NCBI RefSeq assembly: GCF_006345805.1
Contig: NC_043003.1
Coordinates: 4,154,001 to 4,218,000, forward strand
Length of the DNA: 64,000 nucleotides
Direction: 5' to 3'
DNA from: Octopus sinensis
Taxonomy: Eukaryota
Positions within the stretch are counted from its first letter, which is position 1, and each line of letters starts with the position of its first letter. A program made the position numbers and the translations under genes. This document shows positions 53,386 through 64,000 of the stretch, one piece after another. The notes beneath the pieces are model-generated. The model saw only the letters and a list, made by a program, of their open reading frames with translations. It had not been told where the DNA came from and did no database searches.

Positions 53386-55439
53386 TATATTTCTTGATTT
53401 TATACTTGTTTTGGCGATTGGTTTGATACCAGATAGAGTCACTGTAGACATCAGCAAGTCCTATACACTCTATTGACCCTTAGTTAATCCGTATTTTTGA
53501 TCGATCTAGAAGTAATAACAGACAGGTACCAGTTGTATTAAACTGGACCAGCTTTAATTATTACAATGCAAAGTTAAACTTCTCTAGAGTTATTGGGGAA
53601 ATTCACACTGATCTTAAGTATGTGATCAGAAAATATCTTGGTTCACTTCAGCATAAGATCCACTCTGTAGTAATGGCTGAGTGTAGAGTCTTGGCTGTGT
53701 GCATTTTCCCAACTACCTATTTGTTAGCAAACATTTACTTTATAATTAAAGAAAACCCACCATCAATTAGAATAACCATTATCAATTCAGAACCTTGAAA
53801 TTATTCTGATTTTTTTTAGCATTTGTGTATCTCCTAACGGCAACCTGGACACACATACATACATACATGCATACACACACACACACACACACACAGAATA
53901 GACTCGTTTACATTCATAACAATGATTTGTCATTCCATTCCACATAGTCTAACCATCGACAACCATTCGAATGTCCTTGCTATGGCCACTGTACGTCGGA
54001 GATAAACGGTTCACCATAATTTTCATATCTGAAATTAAACATCAATGGCTGCCCTAGCCTTAGATGGAGAAAGAAAATAAAACTCGTTAAATATTCTCGA
54101 CAATATTTTTTATGCCTCTCCTTCTCTCTCCCTCTCTCTTTCTCTCTTAAACATTCTACCCCTTTGTTCACTCCTTTCTCTCTTATTCTGTTCCCTTCAG
54201 ATTCACAGTGATGACAACAATTTCAATATACTATTTATAGTTACTTAACACTGATGAAGCACAAAGATACAGAAACAGCCTGTTTATTGATACAGAGATT
54301 GAAGAAATCTGAATTATTAAATAAATTTCAACTTCATTCTATACTTTCCATTCTTTACCTGTTTCTTCTCTCCTTTGTACCCAACTGAATACATCTCTTT
54401 AAAACTTCAAGTTATCTCGATCTGATTACACACTGATACCCCCCCCCACACACACATACATGCGTGCCCGCCCGTCCACCCCTACATTTATCCGTATACA
54501 TGCATTATTTTGTATTGAATCGGTATACGTAATGCATGGATATGCAGATGTGTATACTGTTGTGTGAATGGAAATATTTCTTTTCAATGTAGAATTACTG
54601 GAATATTTCAGAAACGAGATGTTGAGAAGTTCATGCCTTGCCAATGTATATACAATTACCAGCCTATAAAGATCTTTTGTCTCTATTGCGTCATATTGTC
54701 TTCTATTGCGGTTGGTTCTATGTGGGAAATAGAATCCTAAACCAAACCGCTATTTCACATGTAAACACATACGTAATGTCTTATCTAACACAGACACCAC
54801 CGCCACCACCACCACTACCATCACCACTACCACCACTCACAACTACAACAATAGCAGCAGCATCAACAATACTCTTTCCTAAACAATTTACACTTTGATG
54901 TATTTTTTTCAAGCTTGTAGTAAATTATTTTTAATCCGTGAATTTGGGCGGTAATTCGTCTGAGTGACAGCTAAACTACGTAACTACACACCTATACATC
55001 CACACACACATCCATCCATCCATCCATCATACACACGCTCCGATATATATATATATATATATATATTTGTATATATATATATATATCCCGGATGTACGAG
55101 CCTTGTTACGTTCTTTACAACCATTTGTTATCTCGTTCCTCCATATCTTACAACTGGGCCGCCGTTATTCTTCTTGTAATTGACTTACGGAGATAAGAAA
55201 GACAAAACAATTAAAGTGTTTCTCTTCCTTTTATTTATTTAGCTTTCCAGAAAGACTTAGTTTTCCACCGACACACACCATGTTGGGTGGGAGAGGAGGA
55301 GGAGGAGCAGAGAGATCTCAATGTATTTTGCGGAAAAGCAAACTAGGGAAGCAGTAATGAATGAGGTGCGGTTATTAAAAAAGACTTGCCGTCATTATCG
55401 TCGCTGATGACGTCCCGGCCATCATCGTAATACTAATAA

Positions 55440-55663
55440 TAATCCTTTCTACTATAGGCACCAGGCCAGCAATATCAGGGGTGGTGGGAGCAAGTCGATT
55501 ACACCGACCCCAGTACTTCACTGGTACTTATTTTATCGACCTCGTAAGGATGAAAGGCAAAAATCTACCTCGGTGGAATTTGAACTCAGAACATAAAGAC
55601 AGAAGAAATACTGCTAAGCATTTCGCCCAGCGTGCTAACGATTCTGCCAGCAAGCTGCCTGAA

Positions 55664-55698
<35 letters not shown>

Positions 55699-56200
55699 AT
55701 AATAATAATAATAATAATAATAAAATAATAATAATAATAATATAATAGCAATCCTTTCTAGTATAGGCACAAGGCCTGAATTTGTGGGGGTGGGGAGCAT
55801 AGTCGATTACATCGACCCCAGTTGTTTACTGGTAGTTATTTTTTCGACCCTGAAAGGATGAAAGGTAAAGTCGACCTCAGCGGAATTTCAACTCAGAACG
55901 TGAAGACGGACGAAATGCCGCTAAGCATTACACCCGGCGCGGTAACGATTCTAACAACTCACCGCCATCTTTGTAATAATAATAATAACCCTTTCTGCTA
56001 AAGACACCAGGCCTAAAATTTGGTGGGGAAGGGAGTCAATTACATTGACCTCAGTGTTTCACTGGCACTTAGTTTATCGATCCCGAAAGGATGAACGGCA
56101 AAGTCGGCCTCGGCGAAATTTGAACTTAGAATGTAGCGACAGGAAAAATACCGCTAAGTATTTCGTCCAGAGTGCTAACGATTCTGCCAGCTCGCTGCCT
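55440..56200 (-). mobile_element. Three tandem SINE family B copies separated by (TAA)n/(TAC)n
   Basis: Copies at ~55440-55660, 55750-55968 and 55988-56200. Confidence 0.85.
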
Positions 56201-56407
56201 TATTCTCCCATCATTTTTGACGTGTGAGGATCTAACAGCATTGATTTGGGGGATCTTATTCCTGATGTGTAAAGTCACTTAGGAAACTCGAAGTCCAGTC
56301 AACGATCTACAGACAAATCTACAATCTTACGACACAAGAAAGGATTGATCCACAAAGCAGCTGCCATGTTAGTTCGAGACTCTTTGAGTTCTGTGGGATG
56401 ATCCTTT

Positions 56408-56486
<79 letters not shown>

Positions 56487-56786
56487 AATTGTATAGTTTT
56501 CACGAGACGTCACCTGATATTTATATTAATATTTTCTTAAGCCGAAACAATACAAATTTATAAGAAAAGAAAATGAATGATACAGATCGATGATTAAATA
56601 TTTTTGCCTGCTATTTCGTTGATCGGATTTATTAATTTTTTTTTTATTACTTGCATTGTTTTCACTTAAAAAAACCGCGGCATGTTATTGTAAAACTGTG
56701 ACATGACAATTCTTGAAAATTTGATTGTTGCCCACTCTTACCTAATGACAAACATAAAAGCACAACCAGTGTGGGTTTCACTAAAC

Positions 56787-57176
56787 TAGAGGTTGCCAAA
56801 AGGGGTCCTAGGGGTTGGCGACGAATTATAGGGTGTCGATAGTAGCCAAGCAGATGAACTGCTTGAAATATTTAGTTAGCGCCATGAAACATGGAAAAAC
56901 ATGAGGCATTTTTCACATTTCCTAACCGTGAAAACAATTTCATAAAAGTAATACTGTATACTCGTAATTTTAAATGTAAAAAGTGTGTCCTCTTCAAAAG
57001 ACCTTAATTTGTCGTTCATGTATATATTAGCTAACATTTAAATTGCCAGCATCAGTACCCGTACGCATTTATGATATGGTAGGGTAGAGTAGGGTATTAA
57101 GATATTGTAAATTAAGAGGGTGGTCGATGCGGAAGGAGGAGTGGCTAAAGGAGTCGATGAAGTTTGGTGACCCTTG
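56787..57176. mobile_element. Possible hAT-type MITE
   Basis: Degenerate ends TAGAGGTTGCCAAA / TTTGGTGACCCTTG, with CTAAAC and CTAGAC flanks reminiscent of Charlie targets. Confidence 0.3.
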
Positions 57177-57628
57177 TGCTAGACAGAAGATTGCCAGCAA
57201 TAGTAAAAACCACAAGCTTAGAATCGGCTGAGGCAGTAATAGTAGTAGTAGTAGTTGCTAAACCCACATCAATCTTAATCTAAGAAACCCATTATCAAAG
57301 GCGTTCCAGATGTGACCATTCCGTGTTTGAAGAGACTTGTGAGGCTAGGATTTCTAATGATTTTTTTTCATCCAACGTCTTTACGACAGTCAGACGTGAG
57401 CTGAGGGACATTTCGCTGCTATTCTTGGCGGGTGGAGTATCTGCGTCGAAGGCCCCACGGTGAGGGAATTATCAATAGGTCAGTCAGGGACTAAACGCTT
57501 GCAGACGTGGATCGATAGGTAGTGAGTTCAAATTGCATGGAGGTAGAAAGAGGGAGAGAAGTAGATAGAGAGGGAGAAAGGAGAGAAAGAGACAGACTGA
57601 GAAGAGGGGGAGGGCGGAGAAGACGAGA

Positions 57629-57677
<49 letters not shown>

Positions 57678-57796
57678 GATAAGATGGCGACATTGAAGTT
57701 GAACTCAGTAAGGAACAAAAAGAGAAACATGATGAATCAAACAGAAACACACACACGCACACACACATATACACACGCATACATACATACATACAT

Positions 57797-57827
<31 letters not shown>

Positions 57828-58684
57828 TACACACACATACATACATACACATACACACACACACATACATACACATACACACACATACATACACATACAC
57901 AAATACACACATATACACACACATACAATCACACACACATACATACACACACATACATACACACACACACACACACCTGTTAGAGAACAGCAGGTGTTGA
58001 GTTAACGAAATATTGGTGGTCCATGGCGGTAGACGGGATCCTGAGGAAAGTTCTTCAGTATTTTGAATAGATAATATCGTGACGACCACCTCGAGCTAAG
58101 CACTTCATACATACATACATACATACATACATGCGCGCGTGTGCGTGTATGTGCGTGTGTGTGTGTGTGTGTGTGTGTAGTAAATGTGTGTATGTATATT
58201 GACGCATACACACAACTACGTGTATTTGTTTCCTTAAACGTGTTTTATCTTTAATCAAAAATCCATTTATCAGGGAAATTCGTAAATGTCGACAATTATA
58301 GAGAAAATAGCAGAGACAGAGATTAACCAATTAGAAAGAATCCGCCAGTTCCAAGCTCAGCGGCATTAGTGCCACTTCGGTGTGACATTGGTGCCGCAGC
58401 ATTCTGTATAAACCGGAAGCGGGCTGTAGCTAATGTCACGTGACAGAGACTTAACTCATCAAATAACATGAGTGAAAAATCGACAAGCAGTAATGGAGGA
58501 TGATTAAACCCCTCCATCCATATAACGGGCTTCCACACAGTTTCCGTCCACCAAATTCATAAGGTATTGATCGGCCCGTGGCTATAGTGGAAAACATTTG
58601 CAGCGCAGTGAGACTGAACCCAAATTCACGTGGCTACAAAGCAGGTTTCTTAACCACATGGCCATGTACACACACACACATATA

Positions 58685-59242
58685 TTTCTTTTATTCTTTT
58701 ACTTGTTTTAGTCATTTGACTGCGGCCATGCTGGAGCACCACCTTCAGTGGAACAAATCCACCCCAGGACTTATTCTTTGTAAGCCTAGTAATTATTCTA
58801 TCGGTTCTTTTGCCAAACCCCCAGGTTACGGAGACGTAAACACACCAACATCGGTTGTCAAGTGATGGTGGCGGGGGCCAGACAGCCATCCAGACACACA
58901 CATTTATGAGAAGTTTTGGTATCCAGAAGATCCAAAAGGCAGGTAAGGCTATGTAAGTGCTACGGAAGGACCACTTTTAGACTTCCGGTCCGATAATACT
59001 ATGAGTGAGGATTCTACGGCAGGTCCTGTGTGAGCGTCTATAGGTTAAATAAAATAACAAGGCCAAGGCAATATATACACGACGGGCTTCTTTCAGTTTC
59101 CATCTACCAAATCCACTCACAAGGCTTTGGTCGGCTCAAGGCTATAGTAGAAGACTCTTACCCAAGGTGTCACGCAGGAGAACTGAACTCGGAGCCATAT
59201 GGCTGGGAGGCAAGCTTCTTACCGCACAGCCACGCCTGCGCT
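58685..59242 (-). mobile_element. SINE family A carrying a ~170-bp insertion
   Basis: Tail half 58685-58900 and head half 59075-59242. Confidence 0.85.
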
Positions 59243-59275
59243 TATGTGTGTGCGTATATATATGTGTATATATAC

Positions 59276-59314
<39 letters not shown>

Positions 59315-59651
59315 CATACTATATATACATACTTATACATACATATATATATACATACATATATATATATGTGTGTGTGTGTGTGTGTATCTATACATAC
59401 ATATGTGTATATTTATAAACGTTTGTGTGTGTACATGTATGTATATATGTATGTGTATATATACGTATATACATGTCTATATATACGTATATATATATAT
59501 ATATATATATACATATATATATACGTGTGTGTGTACGTATATATATGTGTGAGTATGTATATGAGTATATTACATATATATATAATATATATAATATATA
59601 TATACATATGTATATATATATATATTATATATATATATATATTATATATAT

Positions 59652-60353
59652 AACACACTGGATGCCATTTTTAACAGCGAAAAACGTGAACAAAGTAAAG
59701 ATGGCAAGGATGGAGACGCGGGCGCAGATGAGGAGGGTCACCCCCACCTGGTGGACGCCCAGGAAGAAAACTCCAACGAGAGGCCTGCCCGGGAGGTGAA
59801 CCCAGGTACGGATGCTCCTACCGGCACCAAAAGCCATGGACATGGAGATGAAGAGGCCAAAAAAAGAGGAAAAACTGAAGCTAAAACTCAGACAAAGCCA
59901 AGGGGCAAGGCAGCCAGGGATAGAGGCAAACCTAACTGTCCATATGCCAAAAAGGATGGAAACAAGCAGCGCACACGGGTATGTAGGTTCTACCTGAAAG
60001 GTGCCTGCCGGCATGGAGAGGAAGGTGCAGGCTGCCGCTTTGCACATCCGGGACCCTGCCACAGAAACCAACCACCGAAAGGAAATGGGATGGACCACGC
60101 ATCACCGGCCCCAAAACGGAGGTACGCAGATGTGGTGCGTACCACAAACCACCAACGTGTTGTTGAAAGGGCAGCTGCTGAGCAGGAATCTTTTTTGTGC
60201 ATGGCACAAAAGATTGTACAGCAGCTAACCTGGCTCCATCAGGCTCAGGCTCGCAGATGGAACTGCCCACGGTTCACAAGACCGCCACAGCAGATGGACC
60301 CAGGGTGGACACCACCGGCAACAGCATACACCTCACCTCGATGCTCCTACTGA
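59652..60353 (+). CDS. LINE ORF1 (partial) with CCCH zinc finger
   Basis: The frame is open back to the (TA)n boundary; [22 protein letters not shown] = C-x7-C-x8-C-x3-H. Confidence 0.75.
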   Translation, partial: NTLDAIFNSEKREQSKDGKDGDAGADEEGHPHLVDAQEENSNERPAREVNPGTDAPTGTKSHGHGDEEAKKRGKTEAKTQTKPRGKAARDRGKPNCPYAKKDGNKQRTRVCRFYLKGACRHGEEGAGCRFAHPGPCHRNQPPKGNGMDHASPAPKRRYADVVRTTNHQRVVERAAAEQESFLCMAQKIVQQLTWLHQAQARRWNCPRFTRPPQQMDPGWTPPATAYTSPRCSY

Positions 60354-63229
60354 ACATCAGAGGACTACTAACACACAGTAACAGGACAAAAGTCCCGTTC
60401 CTGAGAGACTTTGTCGCATGCAATCAAGCCTTATGCATAGCACTCACAGAAACGCATCTGAAACCGGACATAGCAGATGCGGAATTACACATACCACAGT
60501 ATGTTGTACTACGGACCGACAGGAAAGAAAGAAGTCATGGAGGAGTTGCTATGTACATCCGTGGGGACCTCACACCCCAGGTCCTTTTGTCATACTCAAA
60601 CTCGGTGTGTGACACACTAATTGTACACGTAAGGCAACTTGATGTAGTTGTGTGTGCTACATATCGCCCTCCAGATGCCCCAAGTCATATGGGCAAGTTT
60701 GAGGACTGCCTTTTAAAAATAGAAGAAGTTCTAACCACATTAGAACAACACATAAGTGTACTTCTCATGGGAGACTTCAATCTACCGAATGTCAGATGGC
60801 CCGAGGGCCTTTCTCTCCCAGGAATGACAAGATGTGAACGAGGACAGGCGAGGTCCCTCCTGAACCTCACCAACACCCTGTACATGGAGCAAGTAATACT
60901 CCAACCAACCAGAGCGGGTAACACACTGGATCTCTGCTTCACAAATAATATGGATCTCATCCATAATGTGAAAGTGACACCGGATCACAACATGGTAGAG
61001 CTGACCATGTACGGGCCAAAAGAGAGCACGGACATGCAGCCTACAAGAAACCCTCAGAATCTTTCCAGCTTGAACTTCAATAAGGCAAACTGGAAACAAA
61101 TTGAGAAAGAGATCCTCAAACAAAACTGGCCTGAATGTCTCTCCTCGCCGGACATCGACATGATACTTCAACAATTCATGTCCGTAATGCAAGCCATATG
61201 CTACAAATGTGTCCCAGAGAGAAAGGCCACTGTACACAAGAACAAAATCCCCAGAGAGAGAAAAATTTTAATGAGACGGCGCACAAAAATCTCAAATCGC
61301 CTAAACAAACAAATTGAAAGCAGTGAAAAGTCCCGCCTGAAAATAAAACTGTTGGAAATTGAAAATTGTCTGCAACTCTCCCATGAGAAGGAAAGAGCAG
61401 ACAAAGAAGCCTGGGCTATAGACAACATAAAAACTAACCCCAGAGCTTTCTACAGGTATGCCAAAGAAACAGCTACGGTGCACTGTAGGATAGGGCCACT
61501 CCTTGAAAAGGATGGCACACTCACAGGAAAACCAATGAGGGTAAGTGAAATACTGAATGAACAATTCAAGAGTGTTTTCACTCCACCCCTTGGGCATTTC
61601 CAAATCAGCAATCCAACTGACTTTTTTACCACTGCAGATATAGAATCAGAGGCGGCGACGTTAAATTACATCGATATAAAGGAAGACGATGTAATAAAGG
61701 CTATAGATGAAATGAAAATAGACTCAGCTATTGGCCCCGATGGATTCCCGGCAATCCTCCTAAAAGTATGTAAGAGAGTCTTAGCAAGACCACTGCAGTT
61801 CCTCTTTCAGAGCTTCCTTGCAGCTGGCAAACTTCCAAGAAAACTGAAGGAAGGTAAAATATGCCCTATTCATAAAGGAGGTAGCAGAGCGGAGGCCAAG
61901 AACTACAGACCTATCTCTCTGACCTCACACATCAGCAAGGTCATGGAACGAATAGTCAGAAGGAAACTAATCACCTTCCTTGAAGAAAATGACTTGCTGC
62001 CTGACACCCAAAATGGTTTCCGACCAGGAAGAAGCTGCTTAACTCAGCTCCTGCAGCACTATGACTGGGTGCTGAAACAACTGCTCAACCACTCAAATGT
62101 GGAAGTCATATATCTCGACTTCGCAAAGGCCTTCGATAAAGTCGATCATGGAATGATATGTCACAAACTGCGTGATCTTGGCATAGTTGGAAAACTAGGA
62201 GAATGGCTTCACGACTTTCTGAAGAATAGAAGTCAGGTGGTAGTAGCCAATGGGGTCACTTCCATTAGCACGCAAATAGTGAGCGGTGTTCCACAGGGCA
62301 CTGTTTTGGGACCACTACTGTTCATAATGGCCCTCTCAGACATGCCCTCAGCCACGCGGAGAGCCACGATCACAAGTTATGCAGATGATACAAAAGTTTC
62401 ACAGGCAATACAGAACCCTGAAGACACTAGGCACCTGCAATATGAGCTGGACGAAATATACAAGTGGGCTGAAAAGAATAGCATGCAGTTCAATGCTGAA
62501 AAGTTTCAAGCTTTATACTATCAGCATGCAAAACTGAATGCAATACCCAAGGAATACACTGGACCCGGAGGGATTGCAATCCCAGAGGCACAATCAGTGC
62601 GTGACCTGGGTATTCACATGAGTGATGACGCAACCTTTCATGTACATGTTGCTAAACTGACAATGAAATGCAGACGGCTGGCTGGATGGATTCTTAGAAC
62701 CTTTAGAACAAGAGAACAAGAAACCATGATGGTCCTCTGGAAGACACTTGTCCTAAGTCACTTTGACTATTGCTCTCAGCTATGGTCACCATCCAGTGTC
62801 AAGTTGATCACAGAACTTGAGGCGATCCAACGAAGCTACACGAAGAAGATAGCCTCTATGCAGAATGTAAGCTGCTGGGAAAGACTCAAGAGATTAAAAT
62901 TATATTCCCTGGAGCGTAGGCGGGAAAGATATGCCATAATATACATCTGGAAGATCCTGGAGGGAAGTGTCCTGAACTTTGGCATCGAGAGTTACGCAAA
63001 CGCCAGAACTGGGCGCCACTGCGCGGTGCCTAGGACTCCAAACTTGCCATCAAGATGTAGGACAAGATTCTGTGATAGCCTGGGCTTCCGAGGCCCACAG
63101 CTCTTCAATATCCTCCCGATGAACCTGAGAGACCTGCATGGGGTGGATACAGATGTCTTTAAAATGGAGCTGGATCTCTTCTGTCAGGTGTCCCAGATGA
63201 ACCAACTTCACGGCAGGAGGGGCAGATGA
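60197..63229 (+). CDS. LINE ORF2: APE endonuclease plus reverse transcriptase (1010 aa; true end probably 63288 after a 1-bp frameshift)
   Basis: NIRGL, LTETHL, GGVAMY, YRPP, GDFN, PTRAGNTLDL, DH; GPDG, NYRPISLTS, QNGF, YLDFAKAFDKV, GVPQGTVLGPLLF, YADD, RDLG, LERRR. Confidence 0.95.
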   Translation: MHGTKDCTAANLAPSGSGSQMELPTVHKTATADGPRVDTTGNSIHLTSMLLLNIRGLLTHSNRTKVPFLRDFVACNQALCIALTETHLKPDIADAELHIPQYVVLRTDRKERSHGGVAMYIRGDLTPQVLLSYSNSVCDTLIVHVRQLDVVVCATYRPPDAPSHMGKFEDCLLKIEEVLTTLEQHISVLLMGDFNLPNVRWPEGLSLPGMTRCERGQARSLLNLTNTLYMEQVILQPTRAGNTLDLCFTNNMDLIHNVKVTPDHNMVELTMYGPKESTDMQPTRNPQNLSSLNFNKANWKQIEKEILKQNWPECLSSPDIDMILQQFMSVMQAICYKCVPERKATVHKNKIPRERKILMRRRTKISNRLNKQIESSEKSRLKIKLLEIENCLQLSHEKERADKEAWAIDNIKTNPRAFYRYAKETATVHCRIGPLLEKDGTLTGKPMRVSEILNEQFKSVFTPPLGHFQISNPTDFFTTADIESEAATLNYIDIKEDDVIKAIDEMKIDSAIGPDGFPAILLKVCKRVLARPLQFLFQSFLAAGKLPRKLKEGKICPIHKGGSRAEAKNYRPISLTSHISKVMERIVRRKLITFLEENDLLPDTQNGFRPGRSCLTQLLQHYDWVLKQLLNHSNVEVIYLDFAKAFDKVDHGMICHKLRDLGIVGKLGEWLHDFLKNRSQVVVANGVTSISTQIVSGVPQGTVLGPLLFIMALSDMPSATRRATITSYADDTKVSQAIQNPEDTRHLQYELDEIYKWAEKNSMQFNAEKFQALYYQHAKLNAIPKEYTGPGGIAIPEAQSVRDLGIHMSDDATFHVHVAKLTMKCRRLAGWILRTFRTREQETMMVLWKTLVLSHFDYCSQLWSPSSVKLITELEAIQRSYTKKIASMQNVSCWERLKRLKLYSLERRRERYAIIYIWKILEGSVLNFGIESYANARTGRHCAVPRTPNLPSRCRTRFCDSLGFRGPQLFNILPMNLRDLHGVDTDVFKMELDLFCQVSQMNQLHGRRGR

Positions 63230-63525
63230 GGGCAGCTGCATCGAACTCTCTCATGCACCAAATAGCAGTTGCTAGAAAGCCTCCATGAAGTGAAACCAAG
63301 TAGCAACACCAAATGGCGGTGCCCCAGCATGGCCACAGCTCATAAGCTGAAATTGGAATCAATCAATCAATCAATCATATATATATATATATACATACAT
63401 ATATACATATATATGTATTTATATAAATATATATAAATGGATATGTGTATAGATACGTGTGTATGTATATACATGTGTGTATATGTATATGTATGTTTGC
63501 ATATATGTGTGTGTATATATATATA

Positions 63526-63574
<49 letters not shown>

Positions 63575-64000
63575 TATATATATGTATGTATATACATTTG
63601 TGTGTGTGTGCGTATGTGACTGCAGGAATTTCACATTATCATTATCTGTCGTGAATCGAGGTCATTTGAAAATCTTCGAGAAAAAAAAAAACAACCAAGA
63701 AAACGAACAAAGACAAAAAGCAAAAGAAAAAAAAAAGAAAAAAAAACTATCAGCAACACAAACTAAATCTACACGATCATCATCATCATCATCATCATCT
63801 TCCACATTATCATAGTCTCCTCCACCGCCACCGCCACCACCACCAGCAACAAAAGAGGTTTCATTATTTGCTACCCCGGGTGGGGCGGTTGAGTTGTGTG
63901 GAGGTATTTGAAGAAATGACGAAAATTGTGAAAGTTGACAAAGAACCCAGTTGAGAAAAAAACGAGCGAATCCTTAGAAACGACTCGAAAAATGCCAATA

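Larger units (their letters stand above)
59652..63376 (+). mobile_element. Young CR1-group LINE, 5'-truncated within ORF1, (AATC)n tail
   Basis: Overlapping ORF1/ORF2, short 3'UTR, microsatellite tail, (TA)n on both flanks. Confidence 0.95.

Overview
This is AT-rich, microsatellite-dense eukaryotic DNA made almost entirely of transposable elements and their relics. The SINE families and TE mix point to an octopus genome (inference). No host protein-coding exon, rRNA or CRISPR array is recognisable, and most ORFs in the track are microsatellite or SINE artefacts. The main element is a nearly intact, 5'-truncated CR1-group LINE (59652-63376: CCCH-finger ORF1 plus APE-RT ORF2), with an older relative at 42.1-43.5 kb. 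Also present are Ty3/Gypsy, Penelope (GIY-YIG), R4/Dong, RTE-like and CR1 remnants; Tc1, mariner, Tigger and hAT fossils; MITEs; three non-autonomous Helitrons; and three tRNA-derived SINE families (A, B, C) in many copies. The most notable signals are: (1) several minimal Penelope-type hammerhead ribozymes, one carrying the compensatory U3-A8 core pair; (2) a 3' hairpin shared by the LINE and SINE family A with compensatory stem changes, suggesting a LINE-SINE partnership; (3) SINE family C built combinatorially from two bodies and four 3' tails; (4) large foldback palindromes and a 765-bp tandem duplication bounded by microsatellites.
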